A DNA stretch of 64,000 nt from positions 256,001 through 320,000 of the forward strand of contig JBMNHS010000001.1 in the NCBI GenBank assembly GCA_050950505.1, read 5' to 3'. This document shows positions 19,279 to 27,863 of the stretch, in pieces. Under the pieces are notes generated by a model, which had not been told where the DNA came from, searched no databases, and saw only the letters and a list, made by a program, of their open reading frames with translations. The number at the start of each line of letters is the position of its first letter. The stretch's first letter is position 1. A program made the translations under genes and the position numbers. The stretch is from Candidatus Methanomethylophilaceae archaeon (GTDB lineage Archaea; Thermoplasmatota; Thermoplasmata; Methanomassiliicoccales; Methanomethylophilaceae).

Positions 19279-19812
19279 ATGGATCCGGCGCTGGAATACC
19301 TTTCGAAGAAATGCCTTGAGACCGCCGCTCAGGTGTCCGAGGAAGAAAGGGAGAAGCTTGCCGCCCTCATTTCCACCAACCGGAAGATTTTCATTTACGG
19401 TTCGGGAAGATCCGGACTTGTCGGCGAACTGTTCGCGGTGAGACTTGTTCAATTGGGTCTCGACGTTCATCTGGTGGGTGAAATGACCACGCCGATCATC
19501 GGCCGGAACGATCTCACCATACTGATATCCAACACCGGGGAAACGTCTTCTGTTGTCAAAACCGCGAACATCGCGGGACGGATCGGTTCTTACGTCGTGT
19601 CTTTCACTTCGGATTCCCGAAGCAAACTCGCCCATGCCTCCGACATGGTCATTCTTTTGCGTCCGGCCTGCATAAACCCCGAATACGCCCCGTTGGGAAC
19701 GGTGTTCGAAGGTTCGGCTCTCATGTTCTTCGACAGTTTCATCGCGGATCTTATGAAAAAATTCGATTGCGGCGAAACCGAAATGAAAGGCCGGCATGCG
19801 ATTTGGGTTTGA
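19279..19812 (+). CDS. SIS-domain 6-phospho-3-hexuloisomerase-like protein
   Basis: 'IFIYGSGRSGLV', 'VGEMTTP', 'SNTGET', 'APLGTVFE'. Confidence 0.85.
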   Translation: MDPALEYLSKKCLETAAQVSEEEREKLAALISTNRKIFIYGSGRSGLVGELFAVRLVQLGLDVHLVGEMTTPIIGRNDLTILISNTGETSSVVKTANIAGRIGSYVVSFTSDSRSKLAHASDMVILLRPACINPEYAPLGTVFEGSALMFFDSFIADLMKKFDCGETEMKGRHAIWV

Positions 19813-20331
19813 TCACAAGTCCTCGGATACGACCATCCGGGCTTTTCTGAAACTCCCGTCATCGTTCACGAACACCGACATTGTCTGTTCCGAGGGATCC
19901 AAAACCGCGGAGAATCCGGTTTTTTCACCGAATATGTTTTTGTGGGTTTTCATGTCCGTGTCCGACATGTAACAGCCGAATCCGGGGTGGGAATGGTACC
20001 ATCCCACCACGGTTCTGCATTTGTTCTCATCCATGGATGAGAACAAATCCTCCAAAGCCTTCGGATCGAACCTTACGCTTGTGTCCGTAGCCACGAGTCC
20101 CGAGGTGGCGGTGCCTTCCGCCACCGCGTATTCCCCTTCGCCGTCCACGTAAACCTTGCCCATCAGGAGTCCCATGACTTCTTTGTTGTCCCCGTACCCC
20201 AAATCGGCATGGAAAGCCATTTTGGAAATCACGCTTTCTCCCATGAACAGTTCCGCTCCGGGAACGCCGCGGTTCCTGAATTCTTTGACTCCCTCTTCCG
20301 AGGATATTATTTTAGGCATCTGTACCGCCAT
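19813..20331 (-). CDS. JAMM/MPN+ metalloprotease, Rpn11/CSN5-like (putative deubiquitinase)
   Basis: 'EVMGLLMG' and 'VVGWYHSHPGFGCYMSDTD' complete JAMM motif. Confidence 0.92.
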   Translation of the reverse strand: MAVQMPKIISSEEGVKEFRNRGVPGAELFMGESVISKMAFHADLGYGDNKEVMGLLMGKVYVDGEGEYAVAEGTATSGLVATDTSVRFDPKALEDLFSSMDENKCRTVVGWYHSHPGFGCYMSDTDMKTHKNIFGEKTGFSAVLDPSEQTMSVFVNDDGSFRKARMVVSEDL

Positions 20332-20803
20332 AGCTTACCTTCGCCGAGAATTTAGGTTTATTGGAAGAATACCATTCCGCCGCCGCGACGCAGGACTCCG
20401 TCCCGTAAGGATTCATGGGGTTCGGGGCGGAGATGAGATTTTCGATTCCGATGATGAACGAAATGAGATTGGAACCGAAATTCCAATTCTCGGATATTTT
20501 CAAACATACCAAGCCCCCGTCTTCGGGCATCATGATGTTCGGATGAAATATCTCGGTTCTCCAGTTTACTCTGGGTCTTTCGTAAGGATATTCGTCGGAT
20601 ATCACCAGATCGAAACGGTGGCGGTCCGTTTCTTTATCTCTTGTTGCTTTTGCGGGAAGGTTGAAAAGACATACGCTCAGGATTATTGGAAACCCCGCAT
20701 CTTCCGGTATTGAGTCCAATCCCGTGTCGAAGTAATCGTTGAGTGTTTCAATTTCGTTGTTTAGTCTTTTCATCAGAAGAGGTTTCGCCAATCCCATGGT
20801 CAT
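20312..20803 (-). CDS. ubiquitin-conjugating enzyme E2 (UBC fold)
   Basis: 'KRL..E', 'EYPYERPRV', 'IFHPNI...GLVCL', 'W', 'LISAPNPMNP'. Confidence 0.92.
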   Translation of the reverse strand: MTMGLAKPLLMKRLNNEIETLNDYFDTGLDSIPEDAGFPIILSVCLFNLPAKATRDKETDRHRFDLVISDEYPYERPRVNWRTEIFHPNIMMPEDGGLVCLKISENWNFGSNLISFIIGIENLISAPNPMNPYGTESCVAAAEWYSSNKPKFSAKVSYGGTDA

Positions 20804-21039
20804 CCGCCTTCCGGGTCCGGAATTATTTCAACCACGTCCCCGTCGCAGAGATTCATTTCCTCAACGGTTCTGGACCCCGGCAGAAGTTTCGTTCCTTTCT
20901 TGAGAACGAAGGCTTCGGCGCCTTCCCCCCAGTAACTTGTGGCGATTTCGATGATTTCCGCCATTTTTTCATGAGGTTCGAGTTCCATTCTCAACGAAGA
21001 TTTCGTTATCATGTTAACAACTGTGATTTTTACCGTCAT
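20800..21039 (-). CDS. ubiquitin-like modifier ending in di-glycine
   Basis: 79 aa, beta-grasp pattern, C-terminus IPDPEGG-stop; lies between E1 and E2. Confidence 0.9.
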   Translation of the reverse strand: MTVKITVVNMITKSSLRMELEPHEKMAEIIEIATSYWGEGAEAFVLKKGTKLLPGSRTVEEMNLCDGDVVEIIPDPEGG

Positions 21040-21040
21040 T

Positions 21041-21796
21041 TCAATCCCACCTGTAATTGGGACACGCTTCGTCCATGTCCAGGGAAACCGTGTCCATGGT
21101 TCCCCTGACCCCGTCGTAAAAAGTTATGTTTCTGATACAGAGATCTTCTTTCCCCGAAGCTATCTTTTCCGCTTCCCTGACCTGCATCGCCGCGACTATG
21201 GAAGTGGTGGTTATTTCCGCAGGAAGCAGCGGAGGGGCGTTTGCCGAACCGGTGCAGGAGAATCTTGAATTCAGAACCTTGACGTGACTTCCGTTGATTG
21301 CGCAGTTCAGACACGGACCGCCGGGAAGAACGGTCTGAACTTTGCCCCTCATTCCGTCCGTCCCTCCGTCCACATACGGGATTCCGTGGTAAATCGCGTG
21401 GGAATTGGTGTGAAGCCTTGCGGAGATGTTGTCGAGGCAGCCCAGAATCAGATCGTAATCCCAGTCGTCGATTTCCTGGATCTTTGAATTGATTCCTTTC
21501 ACGTTCATGTTCGGGGACTGCCGGTTGGCACGTTCCGCCAGAACATGGGATTTGATCAGACCGCAATCGCATTCCCTGAAAAATACGCAACGGCTGAGAT
21601 TGGAAATTTCCACACGGTCCATGTCCACCACCGTGAGGTCCCGGAAACCGGCAAGGATCATGCATTTCAGGACTTCGTTCCCCAAAGCCCCGGCACCGAC
21701 GACCAGACATTTCAAACGGGAAAAACGGTCCACATCCATCCAGGAAATACGCCTCATGCGGTCGTATCTGTCTTCTTCCGATGTACTCCGCACCAT
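21041..21796 (-). CDS. ubiquitin-activating enzyme E1 (ThiF/MoeB/E1 family)
   Basis: 'RYDR', 'VVGAGALGNE', 'DMDRVEISNLSR', 'CLDN..AR', 'DGGTDGMRG', CxxC, 'FSCT' candidate catalytic Cys. Confidence 0.92.
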   Translation of the reverse strand: MVRSTSEEDRYDRMRRISWMDVDRFSRLKCLVVGAGALGNEVLKCMILAGFRDLTVVDMDRVEISNLSRCVFFRECDCGLIKSHVLAERANRQSPNMNVKGINSKIQEIDDWDYDLILGCLDNISARLHTNSHAIYHGIPYVDGGTDGMRGKVQTVLPGGPCLNCAINGSHVKVLNSRFSCTGSANAPPLLPAEITTTSIVAAMQVREAEKIASGKEDLCIRNITFYDGVRGTMDTVSLDMDEACPNYRWD

Positions 21797-21870
21797 CGTC
21801 CCGAATATTTGAAAGTGTCAATAAAATATTATCCGTTGATGTTAATATAATTGTATAGGACGGTTCCATA

Positions 21871-22254
21871 TCATGATTGGTCTTGAATCTCCAATATTTT
21901 TTTGAAGCATACGGGAACCTGATGGCAAAGTTCCTGTCCGCAGTAAACCGTAACCGTGCCTTCGGCACGTTTACGGATTGAACTTTCCCAATCCGGGAAT
22001 TCGGAGACGAAATGAATCAGCACCGTCGAATCCCGGGGGAGGGAATCTCCGAGGACGCTTTCCGGATTGTCTTTTTCTCCGATTACAAAAATATTTTCTT
22101 CCGGAAACCTGTTTTTTAGAAATTCATAAAAATCTTCCAGGAGTCTGACCTGCCCCATTCTTCTTTTTCCGGTCATCATCGCTCCGTCCCCGGAGCCCGC
22201 AAAGGATTCCATTCTCTGTTCGGAAAGAACGTCCGTTTCCGGAACACAGTTCAT
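21871..22254 (-). pseudogene. degenerate N-terminal fragment of AAA_14-type ATPase (or derived small protein)
   Basis: 'MTGKRRMGQVRLLEDF...PEENIFVI' resembles 'ITGxRRxGKSxLL...PEENIIYI' with the Walker A Lys lost; only 127 aa. Confidence 0.45.
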
Positions 22255-22568
22255 TTTATCTCGATGATAACGTCGGCTTTCAGGCCCATGCCCGATGCGA
22301 CTTCTATGGCTTTCATGAAAGCACAGGGAACCGGACAGGCCGTATGGTTGATTATATCGTCCGCCGCACGGTATACTTCGGATTCGGAAAACTTCACGCA
22401 GATGTTCTGAAAGGGATCCACCGACCCCAAAGTTTCCGCCAGTCTCGTGATGTCCGCACAGTCGCTTTCGACGTCGAAGACCACCCGCATGTCGTCGTTC
22501 ATTGTTGCCTTTATTTTGGTTTTCAGTTTACATACTCCGGGCTGTATGTCAATGTTGCATTCACTCAT
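22251..22568 (-). CDS. conserved Cys-rich hypothetical protein (DUF6951-like)
   Basis: 'PGVC', 'ESDC', 'HTACPVPC..KAIEVASG'. Confidence 0.75.
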   Translation of the reverse strand: MSECNIDIQPGVCKLKTKIKATMNDDMRVVFDVESDCADITRLAETLGSVDPFQNICVKFSESEVYRAADDIINHTACPVPCAFMKAIEVASGMGLKADVIIEIK

Positions 22569-22639
22569 GATCGGTCACTCTCTATGATGTCAACACTAAA
22601 CGGCGTTCATATGATTTATTCTTTTCAGGAAAATCCAAG

Positions 22640-22712
22640 TGGGGCTGCCCGGATTTGAACCGGGGTCAATGGCTCCCAAAGCCACAAGTATGCCAAGCTA
22701 ACCCACAGCCCC
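22640..22712 (-). tRNA. tRNA-Pro(TGG), CCA not encoded
   Basis: Cloverleaf with GGGGCTG acceptor and TTTGGGA anticodon loop. Confidence 0.95.
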
Positions 22713-22811
22713 CTCGGGGTGAAGACCGCTGTTCGGTTAATAATCATATCGTCGATGCTACATATTTTGTGAAATTGTTACCATATGCTTTTAACCATAT
22801 AACGAGATAAT

Positions 22812-23510
22812 GTGGAAGGGGGTTTTATTCTGAGATATACCATAACAGGAGATAATCTGCAGTTTGTGAACATTGAGTTGCAGCAAGGTGAAGAAATCTG
22901 TACCATCCCCGGCAGCATGAAGTATATGAGTGGCAACACCCGTATGACCACAGGCATGGATGGCGGTCTCGTCAAGGGTCTTAGAAGATCCCTGTCGGGA
23001 GCCACATTTTTCCTGGTCCGGTTCGGAGTTGACAGCGGTTCGGGGGTTGTCGGTCTCGGCGGAAACGTTCCGGGCAAGATCATCGATCTGCAAATAACTC
23101 CGGGAAAGAACTGGATTATGGAAAAATCCGCATATCTGGCTTCGCAGCCCGGGGTGAGCGTCGACATGACGTTCCAAAAGAAATTGGGCAGCGTGCTGTT
23201 CGGCGGAGAGGGTCTGATTCTTCAGAAACTCAGCGGAAACGGTGTGGCCTGGGGCAACGCCTGCGGCGACTTCAACGTGATCGATCTGGCACCGGGGGAA
23301 ATGTACAAAGTGTCCACGGCGAACGCCGTGGGATGGGAGGAATCCGTGAGTTACGACATCACCTCCATCGGAGGGTTCAAGAACGTCATGTTCGGAGGCG
23401 AAGGGATGTTCGTGACCACGCTGACCGGTCCGGGCAAAGTCATAATTCAGTCCATGACCCTGGGCGAGCTGGCGGGATCTCTCATACCGTATCTGCCCTC
23501 GTCGAAGTGA
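22812..23510 (+). CDS. AIM24/TIGR00266 family protein
   Basis: 'YTITGDNLQFV', 'PGKII', 'FGGEGLILQKLSG', 'FGGEGMFVTTLTGPGKVIIQS'. Confidence 0.9.
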   Translation: MEGGFILRYTITGDNLQFVNIELQQGEEICTIPGSMKYMSGNTRMTTGMDGGLVKGLRRSLSGATFFLVRFGVDSGSGVVGLGGNVPGKIIDLQITPGKNWIMEKSAYLASQPGVSVDMTFQKKLGSVLFGGEGLILQKLSGNGVAWGNACGDFNVIDLAPGEMYKVSTANAVGWEESVSYDITSIGGFKNVMFGGEGMFVTTLTGPGKVIIQSMTLGELAGSLIPYLPSSK

Positions 23511-23527
23511 AAGTGAGGTGAAAAAAC

Positions 23528-23845
23528 ATGAATGACATGAATAGGGAAAAGACCTGGCCGTCGGCGATAATGTTCCTGTTGCTGGCCATAGGCATCATAA
23601 TCCTGATAGCGGTCGGATTTTACGCTCTGACGCAGCCCGGTGTGCTGGAAGCCACGGTGAAATTGATTCTCATCGTCCTGGTGGCGATTGTCGCAATAGC
23701 AATAATCGTCTACGCGGTTTTGGCTCTCCTTGCGATACCCATGTATGCCTTCAAAGGCACATCGTACCAAACGAACGCTTCGTACGGCCTTGACAAAGTC
23801 GAACCCGTCAAGGAAAAGGGCCTCGAGGAAGACGAAGAGGAGTAA
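23528..23845 (+). CDS. small membrane protein
   Basis: Two TM helices, acidic tail, GAGGTGA RBS. Confidence 0.8.
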   Translation: MNDMNREKTWPSAIMFLLLAIGIIILIAVGFYALTQPGVLEATVKLILIVLVAIVAIAIIVYAVLALLAIPMYAFKGTSYQTNASYGLDKVEPVKEKGLEEDEEE

Positions 23846-23863
23846 ACACCAATTCCGTTCCGT

Positions 23864-24421
23864 TCAGACGGAACGGCAACTTTTTAATTTTTCAACCAGC
23901 AGACGTATCGCGTTTCCTCTGTGGGATACCGCATTCTTTTCGTCCAACGGCAGTTCCGCGAAGGTTCTCTTTCCGTCATGGGTGAAAATCGGATCGTATC
24001 CGAAACCTTCTGAACCCGCTTCCGATTGGGTGATGGATCCTTCGCAGACTCCGGTCACGATTATTGTTTCTCCGTTCACGTCGCATCCTATGCAGGTCCT
24101 GAATTCCGCTTTGCGGTTTTCTTCGCCTTCCAGTAATTTCAGTATTCCCGGGTTTCCGATGGTTTTCTGAACGTAAGCGGACCAGACTCCGGGGAATCCT
24201 TTCAGGGATTCTATGAACAGCCCCGTGTCGTCAATGATGAAATCCGAAAGTCCTTCGGATCTCAGGGCCTCCATTCCTTTAAGCACCACTTCCCGGAGTT
24301 CGGAAGACTGCACTTCGTCGTATCCGACGGTGCAGTGTTCGATTTCGATATCCAGATGTTTCAGCCCTTCCCTGAATTCTTCGGCTTTTCCGAGATTGGA
24401 GGTTATGATTTTAAGTTTCAT
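23864..24421 (-). CDS. rdgB: non-canonical purine NTP pyrophosphatase (RdgB/HAM1)
   Basis: 'TSNLGK', 'DDTGL', 'GFPG', 'GFGYDPIF', 'KNAVSHRG'; start at ATG 24421. Confidence 0.95.
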   Translation of the reverse strand: MKLKIITSNLGKAEEFREGLKHLDIEIEHCTVGYDEVQSSELREVVLKGMEALRSEGLSDFIIDDTGLFIESLKGFPGVWSAYVQKTIGNPGILKLLEGEENRKAEFRTCIGCDVNGETIIVTGVCEGSITQSEAGSEGFGYDPIFTHDGKRTFAELPLDEKNAVSHRGNAIRLLVEKLKSCRSV

Positions 24422-25035
24422 GTGTATCTCGCCCTGTTTCTGATTTCTTCGGTTTTCCTGAGGACGGCGTCCGCATCCGTCTTGTGTTTTACGTATTCTT
24501 CCATTACCGTTACGAATCCGTTCGCGATTCCGGAATGGGCCGATGCCAAGGCTCTCTCCAGAAGACGTATGTCCACGCCCATCTCTTCGATTCCCGCTTT
24601 GGGATTTCCCAACGACATGTCGGTCACGCACAGTTTGCCGTCATCGCCCAAGATCATGTTCGAAGTGGTCAGATCCCCGTGGGATATGCCCCGGTTGTGC
24701 AGATCCGCCAAAACCCTTCCTATCAAAGGACATATTTCCTCCGCCGAAGACGGGTCGGAATCCAGAATCTCCTTGACGGTGGAACCTTCGATGAATTCCA
24801 TGGTTATGCTGTATTCCGACATGTCCACGTCATAAATCACGGGAGTTCTCACGGTGTCGGAACGCGCTTGTCTCATTATCCTGACTTCATTCCTGGTTCT
24901 GACCGAACGTATCCTTTCATCAAGGACCGGATGTCGGTATTTCTTCGGAACCCTGGTTTTCTTTACCGCTTTCCTGCCGAGGAATTCCGAAACCGTGACA
25001 ACGGCTTCCGCCCCGACGGCAATGGGCTTTTCCAT
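24418..25035 (-). CDS. bud32: KEOPS kinase Bud32
   Basis: 'GAEA', 'KKYRHP.LD', 'HGDLTTSN', C-terminal 'RARY'. Confidence 0.93.
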   Translation of the reverse strand: MEKPIAVGAEAVVTVSEFLGRKAVKKTRVPKKYRHPVLDERIRSVRTRNEVRIMRQARSDTVRTPVIYDVDMSEYSITMEFIEGSTVKEILDSDPSSAEEICPLIGRVLADLHNRGISHGDLTTSNMILGDDGKLCVTDMSLGNPKAGIEEMGVDIRLLERALASAHSGIANGFVTVMEEYVKHKTDADAVLRKTEEIRNRARYT

Positions 25036-25096
25036 GTTCCGTCATGTCTCAGGTTCCCTATATAATTAATAGAACACAGAGTTATACAAAACCGAC

Positions 25097-25771
25097 ATGA
25101 GGTATGTGATAAGCGGGGACAATCTCCAAATGGCCAACATAACGCTCAGCGAGGGCGAAGCCGTGGAAGTCATCGCGGACTCCGTGGCCTACACCGTGGG
25201 AAAGTTCGACATCAAAGCGTCCAAAGGTTTCATCAGCGGTCTCAAAAGAGCGATTACCGGGGAAGGTCTGGAAACCGTTACGTACAGTCCAAGTAAAGGC
25301 GTGGCCGCTCTGGGCGTCGGGGGAACTCTTCCGGGAAGAATCATGGATGTTGAACTGAACCGCACGGATTGGATTGCGCAGAAGGATTCTTTTTTGGCGA
25401 TGCAGCCCACCATCACGGTGAAAATCGAATTTCAGAAGAAACTCGGAGATGCTTTCGGAAACGAATCCTTCACTTTGCTGAGACTCGGCGGAAAGGGCAT
25501 GGCTTTTCTTTTCGCCCTCGGGGACTTTATCATATTTCCGTTGGACAAAGGGGATTCTTACGAAGTTTCCACCGACCGGGCGGTCGCCTGGGAATCCACG
25601 GTGAAATACAAAATCGAACCCAAAAAGGAAATGAAAAGCGGATTTTTCGATAAAGACCTGCCTTACGTCACGAAATTCGAAGGTCCGGGAAGAATCGTGA
25701 TGCAGACCATGTCTCTGCTGAGGGTTCACAGTATGTTGTCCCCTTATATCGAGGCCGAAGACAGCAAGTGA
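25097..25771 (+). CDS. AIM24 family protein (second paralog)
   Basis: 'YVISGDNLQ', 'PGRIM', 'FQKKLG', 'GPGRIVMQT'. Confidence 0.85.
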   Translation: MRYVISGDNLQMANITLSEGEAVEVIADSVAYTVGKFDIKASKGFISGLKRAITGEGLETVTYSPSKGVAALGVGGTLPGRIMDVELNRTDWIAQKDSFLAMQPTITVKIEFQKKLGDAFGNESFTLLRLGGKGMAFLFALGDFIIFPLDKGDSYEVSTDRAVAWESTVKYKIEPKKEMKSGFFDKDLPYVTKFEGPGRIVMQTMSLLRVHSMLSPYIEAEDSK

Positions 25772-25810
25772 TTGAGAAACGATTTATAACCCTCATACAT
25801 TCAAAACAGT

Positions 25811-26473
25811 GTGAAGCGGATACCTTTGGGAAGCGGCGCGTTGGACGAACTTCTGGGCGGCGGCGTGGAGTCGGGCAGTCTCACTCTTTTGTACGGAGAA
25901 GCGGGAAGCGGAAAAACCAACATGTGCCTGCAGGCCGCACGGAACGTGCTGGAAACCGGAAAGAAGGTCGCTTTGATAGACTGCGAAGGAGTCTCTTACG
26001 AACGGGTGAACCAAATATTCGGCGATCGGGAAGACCTTCTCAAAAATCTCCTGGTGTTCCAAGTGCACAGTTTTGAGGAACAGGGGGACAGGGTCGGAAA
26101 GGTTGCCCGCATGGCCGAAACCCGGGGGGAACTGGGATTGATAATCGTGGACTCCCTGACGGTGTTTTACCGTCTGAACCTGGACGATCATCTGGCCAGA
26201 AACGATTTCATAAGACAGATAGACACCCTCACGGAAACCGCGAGGAAAATGGATCTGCCGGTGATAGTCACGTCACAGGTTTATGCAAACATAAACATGG
26301 GCGGGATAGAGTTCATCGGCGGACATGTTTTGAGGCATAACGCGAAGACCATCCTCAAACTGGAACCGAGAGGAAAAGGCGTCCGTTCGGCGGTAATAAT
26401 GAAGCACAGAAGCCTTCCCGAGGGCAGAAACGCCATGTACAGAATCACGGATGCCGGAGTTACCGACATTTGA
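25811..26473 (+). CDS. radB: DNA repair protein RadB
   Basis: Walker A 'GEAGSGKT', 'IVDS', RadB-specific 'KHR' motif, no N-terminal HhH domain. Confidence 0.93.
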   Translation: MKRIPLGSGALDELLGGGVESGSLTLLYGEAGSGKTNMCLQAARNVLETGKKVALIDCEGVSYERVNQIFGDREDLLKNLLVFQVHSFEEQGDRVGKVARMAETRGELGLIIVDSLTVFYRLNLDDHLARNDFIRQIDTLTETARKMDLPVIVTSQVYANINMGGIEFIGGHVLRHNAKTILKLEPRGKGVRSAVIMKHRSLPEGRNAMYRITDAGVTDI

Positions 26474-26510
26474 GTGTGTTTTTCGTCATTCCGATTGCGT
26501 TTTCCCACGG

Positions 26511-26559
26511 TTTATATAGTTAAATTTTGTTTACCGCAGTATCACTACGAATTTAGTAG
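26511..26559 (+). promoter_or_regulatory. TATA box (TTTATATA 26511-26518) and 15-bp imperfect palindrome (26545-26559), candidate Lrp operator
   Basis: CTACGAATTTAGTAG matches its reverse complement at 12/15 positions. Confidence 0.55.
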
Positions 26560-26569
26560 GAGTAACTTT

Positions 26570-26992
26570 ATGGTCGACAACCTGGACAAACTCATAATTG
26601 AAATGCTCAAAAAAGATTCAAGACGCCCGTTCGTTGAAATAGCCAGTAATTTGGGCGTGTCCGAAGGAACCATCAGAAGCAGAGTGCACAGAATGACGGA
26701 AATGGGAATCATCCGCGGATTCACGATAAAGACCAGTTCCAAGAACGTCAAGGCGCTCGTAGAAATACGCGTAAACGTGAACACGGATACGGAAAAGATT
26801 GCCAAGGAACTTGCGGAATACGACGGAGTCACCGAAGTTTTCGAAGTGACCGGAGATCAGGACATTATTGCCATAGTCGACGTGGACTCGTCCCAGAAAC
26901 TGAATGACATAATAGAGAAGGTCAGAAGATACGACAATACTCTGAGCACAAGAACTAAATTGATATTGAAGGAACACTTTGGAGGGGCTTGA
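26570..26992 (+). CDS. Lrp/AsnC (LysM-like) transcriptional regulator
   Basis: 'LDKLIIEMLKKDSRRPFVEIA..LGVSEGTIRSRV', RAM domain 'EVTGDQD'; heads the lysine operon. Confidence 0.93.
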   Translation: MVDNLDKLIIEMLKKDSRRPFVEIASNLGVSEGTIRSRVHRMTEMGIIRGFTIKTSSKNVKALVEIRVNVNTDTEKIAKELAEYDGVTEVFEVTGDQDIIAIVDVDSSQKLNDIIEKVRRYDNTLSTRTKLILKEHFGGA

Positions 26993-26993
26993 A

Positions 26994-27863
26994 ATGTTTG
27001 CAGGATGCTCCACGGCGCTGATTACGCCTTTCAAAGACGACGGTACGGTTGACGAAGAAACTTTTAGACGGCTGATAGACTTCCAGGAAGAAAACGGAGT
27101 GGATACCATTGTACCCTGCGGTTCCACCGGGGAGTCCGCGACTCTGAGTGCCGAAGAACATGTCAAAGTCATCGGAATCGCCGTGGATCAGGTAAAACGC
27201 GCCAAAGTTCTTGCCGGGGCGGGCAGCAATTCCACCGCCGAAGCCATTTCTTTCAGCAAACACGCGGAGGACATGGGAGCCGACGGTGTGCTTTCCATTT
27301 CGCCTTATTACAACAAACCCACTCAGGAAGGGATTTACCTTCATTACAAATCCATAGCGGAAGCGACGGAAATACCGATTGTGGTGTACAACGTCCCGGG
27401 AAGGACCGGATCGAACATCACCTCCGAGACCATGCTCCGCATGGCCGAAATACCCGGAATCGCCGCCGTGAAGGAGGCCAGCGGAAACATATCCCAGGTT
27501 CAGAGAATCCTTGCGGGAAGACCCAGGGGGTTCGAAGTGATCAGCGGTGACGATGCGCTTACCTATCCCATCATGGCGATGGGGGGCGACGGAGTGATAT
27601 CCGTGACCGGCAACTGTTGTCCCGCACGCATGAGCAAAATGGTTCATCTTATGCAGGAAAGCAAATTTTCGGAAGCATTGGAGATCTGCAACGAACTGGT
27701 GCCGCTGTTCAACGCACTGTTCTCGGAACCCAATCCCATTCCCATAAAATATGCGATGAAGGAACTGGGTTTCGGAAACGGAGTTCCGAGGTTGCCCCTT
27801 ACGCCGTTGAGCGAAGCGGGACGGAAAACTCTTGCCCCGATTCTTAAAGAATTGGGTCTGTGA
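26994..27863 (+). CDS. dapA: 4-hydroxy-tetrahydrodipicolinate synthase
   Basis: 'GSTGES', 'PYYNKP', 'YNVPGRT', 'KEASG', 'PNPIPIK'. Confidence 0.97.
   Translation: MFAGCSTALITPFKDDGTVDEETFRRLIDFQEENGVDTIVPCGSTGESATLSAEEHVKVIGIAVDQVKRAKVLAGAGSNSTAEAISFSKHAEDMGADGVLSISPYYNKPTQEGIYLHYKSIAEATEIPIVVYNVPGRTGSNITSETMLRMAEIPGIAAVKEASGNISQVQRILAGRPRGFEVISGDDALTYPIMAMGGDGVISVTGNCCPARMSKMVHLMQESKFSEALEICNELVPLFNALFSEPNPIPIKYAMKELGFGNGVPRLPLTPLSEAGRKTLAPILKELGL

Noticed and set aside
20312-20331. GG near the E2 C-terminus (SYGGTDA) as a cleavable di-glycine
   Set aside because: Falls in the overlap with the JAB start codons and is not preceded by a beta-grasp domain; probably coincidental.
21036-21968. 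310-aa alternative-frame ORF over E1 as a hidden E3
   Set aside because: No RING/HECT pattern; same-strand overlap with the clear E1 frame.
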